Assembly (NCBI RefSeq): GCF_004010195.1
Contig: NC_057718.1
Location: 57,998,182-58,062,181, forward strand
Direction: 5' to 3'
Length of the DNA: 64,000 nt
Source of the DNA: Chiloscyllium plagiosum
Taxonomy: Eukaryota
Below are positions 13,374 through 26,600 of the stretch, one piece after another (the first letter of the stretch is position 1; each line of letters opens with the position of its first letter). Under the pieces are notes generated by a model, which saw only the letters and a list, made by a program, of their open reading frames with translations, was not told the DNA's origin and made no database searches. The position numbers and the translations under genes are program-made.

Positions 13374-14497
13374 TAGAAAGATCTGGGCAAAGGGGAACAA
13401 AACACACCCAATGCCACCCTCGCCCTGATGACCACCTTTGTGTGTGGCTGCATCAAACTGTACGTGGATCCCCGGTACGCAAACACCAAGTATCACTACG
13501 TGCTGAGGTCCTATCTGTCCCTGGTGTTGCAAAGGATGGGCCTGGCCTTGCTGCCGCAGAACGCTCCGAGTAGTTGGACCATTCCATATCATCTGTCCTT
13601 CGGGGAGAAATTTATGAAGAAAAGCACCTTTGATCACAAGTCCATGAGGAAGTGGTCAGCACGTAGTGTCCTTGAGACCCTTCGGGAAAAGGGGAGGGAG
13701 GATCCTGTCGAGCGGTTCCCTGGGTAGACTGTCAAAGTCATTTGGCAGAACGCCTCATCAGCAGAACTTTCCAACAAGCACCAAGACATGGCTTGGCTGG
13801 TGGTGAGAAGGGCTCTGCCTATGAGATCCTTTTATGCAGGCCCGGACTCTCTGCCATACCGCATGCTGCCCTCAAAGCGGCTGTGGAGGGGACGAGACAG
13901 GCACATTCCAGAAGGAGGTGTGTGACAATGCAAAGGAAGTCTGGAGCGGAATGCAGTGGTGTTTGTCGAGGTTCGTTCTGAGCAGCTCCATGACGCGGGA
14001 CTCCGTGCTCTACGGTCTGTTCGCCGGGACACACACCGAGACGAACATCAACTGTGCCTGGAGGATCATCAACTTGGTTAAAGACGCTCTTTGGTCTGTC
14101 CGAAACCTGTTGATCTTCCAGCTGGAGGAGTTGACCCCGACTGAGTGTTGCGGACTGGCACATTCCAAGTTCCAGGACTACGTGTTGAGGGACGAGCTGA
14201 AGCTTGGGGCAGCTGCCGCCAAGGCGTGGTGGGGAAAGACCACCGTGTAACATTTGCCTGCCTAAAGAAGAACAGGGGGCCCATGCAGTAAGTGAGCTCC
14301 GCTGATGCCTCAGCTAAATATATGGATGGCAAACATACAGACCTGTATATACGAATTATTAATTCTGATCTCTGTAGGAAAGAAATGGAATGTATACGTA
14401 TGTATAGCATGACCAATTGTACAGATCATCAAAATATTTTGATTAAAGAATATTTTTGAAATAAAAAAGATTAATAAGCTATTGCTCTTTAGTCCAT

Positions 14498-14615
14498 AAC
14501 CACCTGCTGAAGGAGCAGAGCTCTGAGAACTAGTGCTTCCTGTTGGCCTATAACCTGGTGTTGTGTGATTTTTATCTTTGTACACCCTAGTGCAACACTG
14601 GCATCTCCAAATTAT
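14498..14615 (+). mobile_element. Penelope-like pLTR 3' end with degenerate hammerhead motif
   Basis: cacCTGCTGAaggagcagagctctGAGAactagtg followed by the terminus shared with 1590 and 37240. Confidence 0.7.
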
Positions 14616-14689
14616 TTCACATTAAAAACACTGAGCATTTCTCAAGTTCCCACAATACAGTATTTGCTTTCTACCTAACTCTATCCATC

Positions 14690-14925
14690 TGAGAAACAAC
14701 ATTAACTACAACTATCCATGTGTTTGAACTGAGCCATTGGAATCTCCGTCCACTCTGACATTGGGCTGGCTCTCTTCCATGAAGGTGTGCCTCACCGGTA
14801 AGGGCTGATCTTCTTCTCCGTCGTCTTGGGTTGTTGCATGATTTTCTGCTACAGGTCTTTGCCGAGTCTTCACTGACTGGATGGCATTCAGGCATGTGCT
14901 CGTAATACATTCCCCCCCTCCCATA
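14690..14925 (-). mobile_element. Possible LTR-retrotransposon remnant
   Basis: Minus strand has a purine tract gggagggggggaa immediately followed by TGT; CpG-containing. Confidence 0.3.
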
Positions 14926-15094
14926 CACCTGACCTTCTAGAATGTTCTGTGGCCTTTAGCCAATGCAGGCATGAGCTGGATTTGAATCATCCAATGGGGT
15001 CATGCTAACACCCTTTATTGTTGCCATTCTGGGTGATATAAATTGCACGTACTCAGACAGTCAAGATGCAGGGAGGCAAGGAGACTGCTGACCC

Positions 15095-15460
15095 TCCGTA
15101 GTAGCAGCAGAATGTACTATGTACAAGATGCACTGCGAAAATTCACCAAAGACCATCAGACAACACCTTCCAAACCCATGACTCCTTCCATCTAGAAGGA
15201 CAAGGGCAGCAGATACATGGGAACACCACCACCTGCAAATTCCTCTCCAAGCCACTCCCCACCCTGTCTAAGGAATATATCTGTCGCTGGATCAAGATGT
15301 TGGAATTTCCTCTCGAATGGCATTGTGGGTGCCACACAGCAGGTGGACTGCAGTGGTTCAGGAAGGCAGCTCACGACCACCTTCTCCAAGGGCAACTAGG
15401 GCTGGGCTGGTTAATAAATGCTGGCCCAGCCAGTGACGTTCCATGAATGAACAAAAAAAG
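15095..15460 (+). mobile_element. L2/CR1-type LINE 3' end
   Basis: YKMHC.NSP..LRQHLP-like C-terminus, WNFLSN motif and aataaatgctggcc tail shared with the SINE at 3700. Confidence 0.65.
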
Positions 15461-17102
15461 TTCACATAGACTGCTTGTAATTCGACTTGTTTAATATTAT
15501 TCTGTTCTCATCCTCTTTGTTTCTTACCTATCCTTCAGCTCTTGTATTTGTGCTTACTATTTTTTTTCCACTTCCTTCAAACCTGAGCTTCCTGTTAGTT
15601 TCCTATTCCCCAGCCAACCTAGTTTCAATCCTCTGCAACAGCACTGCTGAATCTCCCCGTGAGATGTAGGTCGCACTCTTGCTAAGATGTTGCCTATTTA
15701 TCTTGCACAGGTCCCAACTGCCCCTAAACCAGACCCAATGCCTCAGAAATCTGGTGCTCTCCCTTCTATGCCAGTCATGTGTTCAATTACTCAATTGTCC
15801 TCTTTCTACACACTTGCATGGGGAACTGAGGTTAATCTTGAGACAACTGCTTTGAGTTCCTGCTTTTTAATCTCTGTTCTAGCTCCCTGAAATTGGCTTT
15901 CAAGACCTCACCCCGTTACTGGTTAAGTTGTAGTTACTGATGTGAACCACAATCTCTGGCCCAAAGTACTAAAAATCCCACTCCTGGTCGGATAAGGAGG
16001 CAGATCCTGAATCTTGAATCCATGTCAGCTGAAAGAAGGATCGAGCCCCAATGTTGGCTCCAATCTGATCCACGCTGGCTGTCAAACCAACTAGCCCTTT
16101 CCAAGAGTCTGGGTTGCTATGGCAACATACACTTAATCCAAATTATAAGGATCGCAAAAAGATTTTTTTAAAACTACATGAACCTTGTTTCTAGCTCAGG
16201 TTTCGTGCAATAAAATTTTTCATGTCATTAACTTTAACACACGCCTCATCACAATATCCAAAATGATTATCTAACAATGACCATATTGTGATCAGATTCT
16301 ATCTATGAATAAAGCAAGATTCCAATGCGTTTTGGCTCATTTTTGAAAACTGATTATTTTGGCAAGCTCATTTATCTAAATAAAGCACAATAAATTCCTG
16401 AAATGTTTGGAATGGGTGCTAGTGAAAATCTTTGATCTCTGAATTACTGGTTGACAGAGCATTCTCTGTTCTGAGGAACTGGCAACCTTAGATATGAAAT
16501 AGATGTGATTAATTCTATAAAACATGCATGAATAACTTAATGCTAAGATAATTATGTTTCAAATTAAACTTTTACAGGGTAGGGTAATTATAATCTATAA
16601 AAATAAAGAAGGAGCCTGATTAGCTGATTTGCAAAAGACTTTGTTTAAATTCCACAAAGTGACCATTTAAATTAAAAGGAGTTAAAACATCTTCCACACT
16701 GTGGACCTCACCACAGTAACGTTATCAATAATCATGCAACACATGCCATGATGGAACTAGAGATTATGAGGATGAGGTTTCTGGTGCAAGGAGTTTACAA
16801 AGTACTTCTACCATCCTAACAGATTTTCGAAGGGATCTTCATTGTGTGTAGCATAATATTTGCCCAATTCCTGCAATCCAATTAGGCCCAGGAACTGTTG
16901 CAGCAAAGGGTAGATGTGGAAGACCACATTACAATGTAGAATGATTGTAGTGAGGGGAGAGTGGCTTGGAAAGAGGTGATGGAGTGCAGATCTGTAGTCC
17001 CACCTGTGTACGGGCCTGAAGCCCAGAACAACTAGATACCGAAGACTGCCTTGCTTTTCAGGAAGCACTGCTTGTGATTTTGAGATCATAAATTGTTCTT
17101 AT

Positions 17103-17116
17103 GCGCCATCTAGTGT
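17103..17116 (-). promoter_or_regulatory. Candidate CTCF binding site
   Basis: gcgccatctagtgt matches the GCGCCMYCTAGTGG core at 13 of 14 positions, in non-repeat DNA. Confidence 0.45.
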
Positions 17117-18904
17117 TGATGTGAAAATGTTTTAACTCGGGAACTATACATACAGCTTAAAAATTGGATAATTCATCAAAGTTTAATGTTGTATAGCACA
17201 TGTATGTCAGTATCAATTTCTATATTTATTTTTATGTTATAAACTGGACAAACTTATGAGAACAGATAACTACTTTGGTGCTTTAACAAGCAGACACTGT
17301 TATAAAATTTGTCTATTATCTCTGATCGATTCAGCTACTGGACAAAGAACAGGGTAAGACTTTCCATAATCAGTCATCATTTGCAAAGCCTGCTCATTAA
17401 AGTCATTCAAGTAAATTGACATCTATGATGTAAAAGTTGGGAAGTTGTTCAGGTGGATAATCCATCCCATCAGATTATATCCAGATGCCCAAAAAATCAA
17501 CAATTTACTACTTGGAGTTATAAAACAACAGCTTAGAGACATTACAGCTTTGCTTCAGGTTTATAATAGATGTTGCTGACAAAGTACAAAATTGCTGACA
17601 CTTAATATGAGGTGTGCTTGAGACTTGTTCTTTCTTGCTTTGCAATAGCAAAACATCTAGCATTGCCTCAAGGAAGGGTGAGGGAATGAATTACACATCA
17701 CAAAATAGCATTAGTGCCACACAGAACCATGTTACTGCTACTCAACAGTGAGAGGATAAGGATAAGTCTTTGATAATTCAGTCCCCCATACACCTGACAT
17801 ATGGCTATCTTTCAGCATGTATTTACTACACGTAGGGGTCTAGGAAAAATGGTCAGGGAGCGGGACTAGGTTGGTTGCACTTCCATTAAACTAGTATTGA
17901 CACAATGGGCCAAATAACCTCCTTCTATACTGTAACCATCTAAAGTTCTACAAAAGCTTAATGTGGATTCAGATTTCATCATTTCAAGAAATATGACTGG
18001 TTACTATGACAAACAACTTCTCTCCAAACCTGATGCTTTGAAGATTGATAATGACTACAAAAAGATAGACCGACCTCCCCATAAGTAAAAAATGATTTTG
18101 GCACTCCATCAGTGACCCTTTGGAATGTTGTGGAGCTGGGGCAGTTCCTGGGGGTGTGGAGTCTGCCAGTATTACCATTTTAAAATCCTGTCTGTTTATT
18201 GACAACAAATTTCATAAAGAAGCACTTTAATGGATGTTGGTCTCATAGCACACTGGGTAGTTTCCTGCCTTTGAGATGGAAGCTCTGAGTGCAAGTCCCA
18301 CTCCAGGACATGATAAAAGGTACATTTGTAATATAATACATACTCCAATTATTCCTAGTCCAGATATAAAGTGGGAGAGTTTCCTGGTCAGCTGCATGGG
18401 ATGCAGAGGAGGATCCATCAAGCCTCTGTGACCTATGCCAGGTAAAATAAATCATAATGACAGGCATGAGCACGCATTTTAACTGCCTCATGAGTCATGT
18501 AATATAGAAAGCACTAAGGTCTTTCAACAGACCTGTCATTAGCAAACGCCTAAAACATAATCCCCACACCTTTAGCTCTGGACCAATAAAGAACAGATAC
18601 AATGCATTATGATTTAAATAATGTTTTCATGGGGATGGATGGTGAGAAGCAAATTACTAAATGAAAATAAATGAGATTTTGAGGAGATGTTGCTGAAGTG
18701 CAGTTTTATGGAGGAAGCAGCAATAAGACTGTAAGGGTCAACTAAGGTTAAAACTATCATCCACAATGAAGATATCGTACAGACTCGGGCGGAGGACAGT
18801 TTAGGCTTTCAAAAGAATAAGCCTTAAACATCTCACAATTTCTGTAACAATTCATACCATAGGAATTTAACTTCAGTAAGGTGTTGGACAAGAATCCACA
18901 TGGA

Positions 18905-19265
18905 AGGGGGCATGGATAGGGTGAATCATCAAGGTCTTTTCCCCAGGGTAGTGGAGTCCAAAACTAGAGGGCATAGGTTTAGGTGAGAAGGGAAAGATTT
19001 AAAAGGAACCTAACAGGCATTTTTTTTCACACAGAGGATGGTGTGTGTATGGAATGAGCTGCCAGAGGAACTGTAGAGACTGGTGCAATTACAACATTTA
19101 AAAGGCATCTGGATGGGTATATGAATAGGATGGGTTTATAGGAATATGAATCAAATTCTGGCAAATAGGACTAGATTATCTTTGGATCGGATGAGTTGGA
19201 ATGGATGAGTTGGACCAAAGGGTCTGTTTCTGTGCTGTACATCTCTATGACTCTATGGGTCTATA
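18905..19265 (+). mobile_element. HER1-like CR1 3' end
   Basis: VWNELPEE and FKRHLDGYMNR motifs; ctctatgactctatg tail. Confidence 0.85.
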
Positions 19266-19779
19266 ACTTGTACCCAGAAGCTATCATATAATAAACTACA
19301 TCTTGTTGAAGACAATCACATCTTCCACTTTATCCAGTGGTTTTCCTCCACCAAACTAGACCAAGCAGACTTTGTGGATCCCTAGCAAGTGAGATGATGG
19401 TGTCTACAAACCTACCAGATAGTTCATACAACATAATGAACAGTGGTGAGGATTCATCCTACAGCAAATAGGGTAGCTTTGTGAGTCTTGGCAACTTTAG
19501 ATTCTTAGGTTTTACTTTCATGTTTTTTTACAGCGGTGACAGAGAGAAAAGAAGCAGTTGTCATTGTTGGAAAGGTTTTATTATTGATGGCCTCAGCATA
19601 CCACTTCTTCAATATGATTGTGTGGTAGATAGATAGACCTGCTAGAATTTTCACTTGCTAATGAGGCACTTGGTAAATTGGGAACACTTGATTCAAAGAC
19701 TTAAAAATCAAAACACCTCATTGCAGAGTTGTATTTGGACAAGCTGATCTTTAATAGGAGAAATCTCTTTAATAAGAAT

Positions 19780-20285
19780 ACATGAACAAAGAACAAGAAC
19801 AGGCCATTCTGGATTGCTTCGCCATTCAATAAGATTATGACTGATCTCATTTTAACCTCAACTCCATAGTTCTGCACATCCTCAATTATCTTCCATTCCC
19901 TTGGTTTCAAGAATCTATTTACGTCTGCTTTTAAAATATTTAAAAATTCTGTGTCCACTGCTTTTTGAGGAAGGGAATTCCAAAGATTTTTCTTCCTTCT
20001 GTTTTCAATGGGTGACCATTTCTAAACATGTAGCTAAACTATGATCCCTAGATCTAGGTTTTCCCATTATTAAACATCATTTTCAGATCCACCCTGTCGA
20101 TCTTACATGTTTCAATAAAGTCACCTCTGACTCATCTAAACTCCAGAGGATACAGGCTTAACTTTCTCAGTCTTTCATCGTAAGGCAATCTACCCAATCC
20201 AGGTATTATTCAAGTAAAATCTCTCTGAGCTGCTTCAACACATTAATATCCTTCTGTAAGTATGAGGACCAGTGCGGTACATGTT
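19780..20285 (-). mobile_element. Older CR1 3' end
   Basis: Degenerate CR1 C-terminus and 3' UTR on the minus strand. Confidence 0.65.
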
Positions 20286-20409
20286 GTTTTCATTGGAAAT
20301 TGAGAGATAGAAAGAATAACACTCAAACACTCTCTCATGCCATTTTTCCTCTGAAAAAGTTATTATTTATTCTTGGTGTACATTCAAACCAGGAAATTAT
20401 GTATATCAG

Positions 20410-21105
20410 CAATGCAGAGGGATCTGGGTGTGCAGGTCCATAGATCATTGAAGGCGGCAGCACAGGTAGATAAGGTAGTAAAAATGCCTATGGCATGCTT
20501 GCCTTCATTGGAAGGGGCATTGAGTATAAGAATAGACAAGTTATGTTGCAGCTTTATAGAACTTTAGTTAGGCCACACTTGGAGTTTTGCATACAGTTCT
20601 GGTCATCACACCATCAGAAGGATGTGGATGCTTTGGAGATGGTACAAAAAAGGTTTATCAGGATTTTGCCTGATTTTAGCTTATGAGGAAAGATTGGATA
20701 GACTAGGTTTATTTTCACTGGAATGCTGGAGATTGTGGAGTGATCTGATAGAAGCTTATAAGATTGTGAATATCATGGATCTTGTAGAAAGTATGAGGCT
20801 TTTCTGAGTGTGAAGGGGTCAATTACTAAGGGACACAGGTTCAAGAATGCAAGGTGGGAAATTTAAAAGAGATGTGTGAGATATGTTTTTCACTCAGAGA
20901 GTGGTGAGTGCTTGGAATGTGTTGCCAAAGGAGGTGGTAGAAGCAGACACAATAGCAGCATTCAAGAAGCACCTGGATGAATACATTAATAGGGAGGGAT
21001 TAGAGGGATATAGATCCTGTAAGTGAGGACAGTTTTAGCATAGAAGGGCAAAATAGTAGTGGAGGGCTGAAGGACACGTACTTGTGCTGTATTGTTCTTT
21101 GTTCT
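20410..21105 (+). mobile_element. CR1 3' region
   Basis: QRDLGVQVH; MLQLYRTLVRPHLEFCIQFWS; gttctttgttctt tail. Confidence 0.85.
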
Positions 21106-21419
21106 TTGCCCTTTGATTGATGTCCCAAATTCACGAGTAAAGAAAGTTGGTCTGTCTTCACTAAATATCTTTTGAATTGCGGTAAATTCAGCTCTTCCTG
21201 CAGACTGTTTGTGTGTGGGACCGACTGACTCAATGCTCCTTCTACAGTCTTTTTTTTTCCGAACAGGGTAATTGGCACTCTGAAAATTGGCATAGAATTT
21301 ATGGAACTGAGTCTAACAACAACATTTAGAATGGCTCATGAGAAGCCAAATGTCAGCATAAAGCAAAGACAAGAACTTACATTTAAAAATCATTTTAATG
21401 GGTAGTATAAAATTCCAAA

Positions 21420-22500
21420 ATGGTTTACATGATTTAGATGTGAACATAGTTAGTAAGTTTACAGATGACACCAAAATTGGAGGTGTAGTGGACAGCGAAG
21501 AAGGTGACCTCAAAGTAAAATGGGATCTTGATCAGATGGGCCAATGGGCTGAGCAGTGGCAGATAGAGTTTAATTTAAATAAATGCGAGGTGCTGCATTT
21601 TGGAAAGTCAAGTCAGGAGGACTTATACACTTAATGGACTTTTATACCTTCAAAAGATGAATATTTTTACTGTCAGACACATTATAATGACTAACAAGAA
21701 CAGAGAAGAATCTGAGCTATAAAAGTTCCAAAGATGGCAAGTTAAAAGAAATCTGTTATTTTAATGTTTACACTCTCTGCAAATTTCATCCTTTTATTAT
21801 CTATATCTATGGCGTTAACAAAGAGACCTAGTTCATAGTTCCTTGCAAGTTGACTCACAGGTCGATAGGATAGTGAAGAAGGCTTTCCTTTATTGGTATG
21901 AGCATTGACTGTAGGAGTTGGGAGGCCATGTTACGGCTGTACAGGACAGTGGTTAGGCCACTTTTGAAATATTGTGTGCAATTCTGGTCTCCTTCCTATT
22001 GGAAGGATGTTGTGAAACTTGAAAGGGTTCAGAGAAGATTTACAAAGATGTTACCAGGGTCAGAGGGTTTGAGCTTTTGGGGAAGGTTGAATAGGCTGGG
22101 GCTATTATCCTTGGAGCATGGGAGGCTGACGGGTGACCTTATAGAGGTTTATAAAATCATGAAGGACATGAATAGGATAAATAGACAAGTTCTTTTCCCT
22201 GGGGTGTGGGAGTCCAGACCTAGAGGCATAGATTTAGGGTGAGAGAGGAAAGATATAAAAGGGACCTAAAGGGCAACTTTTTCATGCATGTATGAAATGA
22301 GCTGCCAGAGATATGGTGGAAGTACAAATACAACATTTAAAAGGCATCTGGATGGCTATATGAATAGGAAGAGTTTAGAGGGATATTGGTCACGTGCTGG
22401 TAAATGGGACTAGATTAATTTAGGATATCAGGTCAGCATGGATGAGTTGGACCGAAGGGTCTGTTTCCATGCTGTAAATCTCTATCACTCTATGACTCTC
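21420..22500 (+). mobile_element. HER1-like CR1 RT to 3' end, with unrelated AT-rich sequence at about 21640-21820
   Basis: VSKFTDDTKIGG; LYRTVVRPLLKYCVQFWSP; ctctatga tail. Confidence 0.85.
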
Positions 22501-23813
22501 TGACCATTGTCAAACATAATTTGACACTCAGTTACGTGGAAGATTTTGGTGTAGGTGATCAAAAGTCTTGTTCAAATAGATAGGTATTAAAGAGATAAAT
22601 AGAGATGCAGAGATTTGAGGAAGAGAGTTAATGAACCTGAAATTATAATTGCTAATAGCGAATCAATTAAAATTCAGTATGTTGAAGGAGGCCGGAATCG
22701 GAGGAGTATAGTGATTTCAGAGGATTTTTTTTTGGAATGTGTTGCTGATTTGTTTAAATATACAAGTTTATTGTACTTTTTGACACAGCCGCACAGGAAT
22801 GTAGCTGAGAGGAATGTTTGTTGTAGGAGTTGAGGAGATTATAAGTAATGGGGAGGATGAAATTCTAAAGCCGAATTGTATATGGTCCAGGAACAGGGTA
22901 TGTTTGGCAGCATTTAAGTTGAACTCAAAGCCTGGAGTTTTGCTGGAGAGAAGCCCTTTAAAAATGGTGGATGGGTCACTGTTCTGAGATTCCTGTTCCC
23001 ATTCCTAGGGTTTACGTTTTTCACGATTACTCTCTAAAATTACAGACTGGTTTGGGTTATAAGCTCAAACCAGCATCATTGACATGTCTGGTTCCAGTGT
23101 ACAGACAGGTACAATCTGCTCCTCTGCAATTTTTATGGAAGAAGGCCAGTTTTTCAAAGATACAGCATGGTATATTTATAAGTCCTTTCATGCAACTATG
23201 CGAAGGTGAAATTTGAATCCCACAAAAAAAACTAATTGTCTTAAATAAAAGCAAAATACTACAGGTATTAGAAATTTGATATAAAAATAAAAACTATTGA
23301 AAATATTCAACATCTGTGGACAGGGAAACACAGAAAACCCTTTGAGTCAAAATTAGAACTGAAATGTAAGCGTTAGAATAATCTAGAGTCTAATGAGATG
23401 ATTGAGTGTTTCAGTAATAGATTTGCTAAGACAGAGTGGGTATGGCCTACTCAGGTCTTCTTAAAAAAATATGCTAAACCAACAAATGAGACATTGAAAA
23501 TTCAATTTGTAATTCAGTAGAAACTTTGCTGTAAAATATGATGATACCCAGTTGGATTCTTCAACTGTCAATCTCAAACCATTAGCCAGGATGTGAACAC
23601 ACACTGAAACAACACAAAGAAATTATAGAACAATTCAGATTCAGATGTTTTCCTTTCAGTGAATACGATGCATCGAATCATACAGCACAGAAGAGGCACT
23701 TTGGCCCATCGAGTCTGTACTGCCACAGTTACACTAGTCCCACTTCCAGCACTAAGCCCATACCCTTGAATACTACAACAATATATGTTACTGCAGTTCA
23801 GACTCAGCATAAC

Positions 23814-24108
23814 ATTAGATTAGATTAGATTACAGTGTGGAAACATGCCCTTCGGCCCAACAAGTCCACACCGACCTGCCGAAGCGCAACCCACCCATAC
23901 CCCTACATTTACCCCTTACCTAACACTACGGGCAATTTAGCCTGGCCAATTCACCTGACCTGCACATCTTTGGACTGTGGGAGGAAACCCACGCAAACAC
24001 GGGGAAAATGTGCAAACTCCACACAGTCAGTCGCCTGAGGCGGGAATTGAACCCAGGTCTCTGGCGCTGTGAGGCAGCAGTGCTAACCACTGTGCCACTG
24101 TGCCGCCC
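23814..24108 (-). mobile_element. HE1-like V-SINE, well preserved
   Basis: A box TGGCACAGTGG and B box GGTTCAATTCC on the minus strand; (tctaa)3 tail. Confidence 0.9.
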
Positions 24109-25929
24109 ATTATTGTCTTGGAATTAGAATGGTATTTCCTATTTTTGCTTAATTAGCCAAGTGAAGCAGTAGTGAGATGGTCTCACATCAGCAGCATTGC
24201 CTTGAAACAAGAATAACCTGACAAATATCCCAGTTTAAAACTGGGAAAATCTCACTGACTTTATTCAGCTGTCTGGGTCTTCTGACTACACTAATCACGT
24301 CTACTTATAGAATGTTATCACTTCCTACACCTTACATATCCTGACATTGATTTCACACCATTTACTGCATAAATGATGTAGCACTTACAACGCATACAAC
24401 TTTAATGCAGCGATGCAAATTATTTCTTAGAAATTGTTGAATTACAGCTCATGAGTGACATGAAAGTGAAGAAATTTTAATTAACTTTATCAATCCCTCC
24501 CTAACCAGCACATGACCTTTTGCAGCTGAGAGAGTGCGATGATATGGGCCACAAATATCTCCATCTGTTAGCACCAGAATCAACTAATGGCAAGTATCTT
24601 GTATAGCAGACAAGGCAAACATGCCAATTTTCACTTTCTAAGAGTGGAAATGGTCTCTTATTGCAAGATATTAGTTACTCATTCCTGGGGTTTATGTTTT
24701 TCAAGACTACGTTTTAAAATTGCAGAATGGTTTGGGTTGTAAGCTCACATCAGCACTAGGTGGTTAAATAGTAATTGGACTTCACAAAGCATTCACTTTC
24801 ACTACCATTCTACCTTCAGGTTTTTGGTGAGTACATTTTTTTTTGTCTTGAGGTTTTCCAATTTCCCTGTCAGAAGCAAGTAACATAAGAGCCCTAGGCA
24901 TTACTCAGGCATTCCTCAGGGTAACCATCAGTCAAACCAATGAGTGTCAATCAATTCTATGAATGGCAGAGAAGGAAGTAATTGAACCAGCTTGAGTAAG
25001 CCAGGGATTATGGCCAAGAAGGATTTCACAGTCAGGACTGCCACTAAAACAGGACTGCTGGCTGCTAACCTGGAGCCATAAAAGTGAATATAACACAAAA
25101 GGAATCTGCCTCGTTGAAGAAAATATTGCAATAGAGCTGTAAAGATTCTAAATGTTCAGAACAAGTTTTACTTCCAGGCTTTAAAGTTCACCTATTCTGA
25201 TTTTGAATTTCCACTGGGTAAGATCATTGAGGCACATGAAGGAAAAGTCTAGTCACTGCACTGCAAAGATCAATAGCTGCAGCCAACAATTACGTCTTAA
25301 CACAATCTGCCTTTTTTTTCTGGTGCTAACTCTCAGTATTCCTTGTGGCTGCAATTGCTTAGTTGTTTAGTTTTAGTTATTTCACGTTTAATGTCGAAAA
25401 CATTTTCGCAGTCCAAACTATTAGTGTAATTATGTAGGTCCTAGTAACTTCCCTACAGGTAAATGTTTTTGAATTATTTTTTCCAATTCCAATCATATGA
25501 CAAATGATTTCTCAAGGCATTTTCAAACAGATTGTTACAATGCAGCAATGTCATTTGAAATGGATAATAAATGCTTACAACTATTTTCACAAAGGACAAT
25601 GCAAATGCAAGTTTTGAACTTCATTTGATGCACCTCCCAGTACCTTTATGCCAGTACAATTTTATTCAGGCAATTGAAGGAACATTGTATGATAACGTTG
25701 TCGATTGGCATGGTGAGTAGACAGATTATCCCATTGATCAATGAAGGAAAGCAGTCATATGCCATGCCAGAACTGTAGTGAACTGATGATAACATGACCA
25801 ACTTGTAAAATATTTGCCTTTAATTTTGGAAACTATGGATTGAATTTTCTGGTAGGCCCAGGAGTCCAATGTTGGGACATGTCACTATGTCCCCTGCTAG
25901 TACATCCTTCTAAGAGACAGCCTCCTGAT

Positions 25930-26600
25930 GGGCTGCCTTGATTTTCAATGTTGCGAGGCATGGTTTGTTCTGAATGATGGTGTTCGTTGCAGAAAGCTGA
26001 TGTTAGCAGCAAAGTTCAAGTTATCTCTGTGCATTCCCATTTATCTGCCCAAGACCATGATGCCTAAGGTCAAAGGCCCATGTGTCATAATCCATGCTTG
26101 TATCTGGATTGAAATGCAGTAATTGATAAAGATTCTGCAGATCGTAATGTCAAGCTCCTTGCAGAAATGGTTTTTACCTTGATACTGGAGCATGACTTGA
26201 ACTGGCCTGTCTAGGCTAACAAGTACATGGAGAGGACACATTATGAGCCATTTTTGGGAAGTTCTATCATTGAGACTAGCAGGTTCCTTACAGTGAAGTC
26301 AATATCTTCATCATGCGTTCTCTCTGAATTCTTTCCTTGCCAGATGACTGTGATATTTATCTTTCAGTGATGTGCTCTGAGTAAGCCTGGTTCCATGTTG
26401 GGAAACTTTATCAGTGAGAAGCTTATCAACATCCATGTCAAACACTGCTGTCCGGCAAAGCACTAGTGACCAGTCATCTCTCAATCCAAAGCACATAATC
26501 TTGATGTTCCATCTTGTTAATTGAAGAGTTGGCATCATTTTAATTCTTGTTTGTTTGCCTGTTATGATATATTCCACCCATTTGTTGAATAGAGATTCAA
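25930..26600 (-). mobile_element. Old RTE-clade LINE endonuclease remnant
   Basis: LQLTRWNIKIMC..RTAV.DM..QHGTRL..SLKDKY..WQGK resembles the RTE APE N-terminus (WNVRT, QETRL, FWQG). Confidence 0.55.

Larger units (their letters stand above)
12000..14468 (+). mobile_element. 5'-truncated Tx1-clade LINE split by a Tigger element
   Basis: VAQVWP..VTRAIFHFIWRSEMDRVRRDSMY (to 12130) resumes as KDLGKG..PNATLALMTTFVCGCI (from 13376). CPQSGCGGDET zinc-finger start and WWGKTTV stop at 14250; AATAAAAAA near 14460. Confidence 0.88.

Noticed and set aside
21240..21410. Strong-looking splice acceptor tttttttttccgaacag
   Set aside because: No recognisable peptide or convincing donor before the CR1.
22962..23080. 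H/ACA snoRNA reading of the duplicated element
   Set aside because: The H-box-like AAATTA is not kept in the second copy, the hairpins are short and there is no conserved terminal ACA.
24030..24108. tRNA gene
   Set aside because: A/B boxes belong to a SINE head; no complete cloverleaf.
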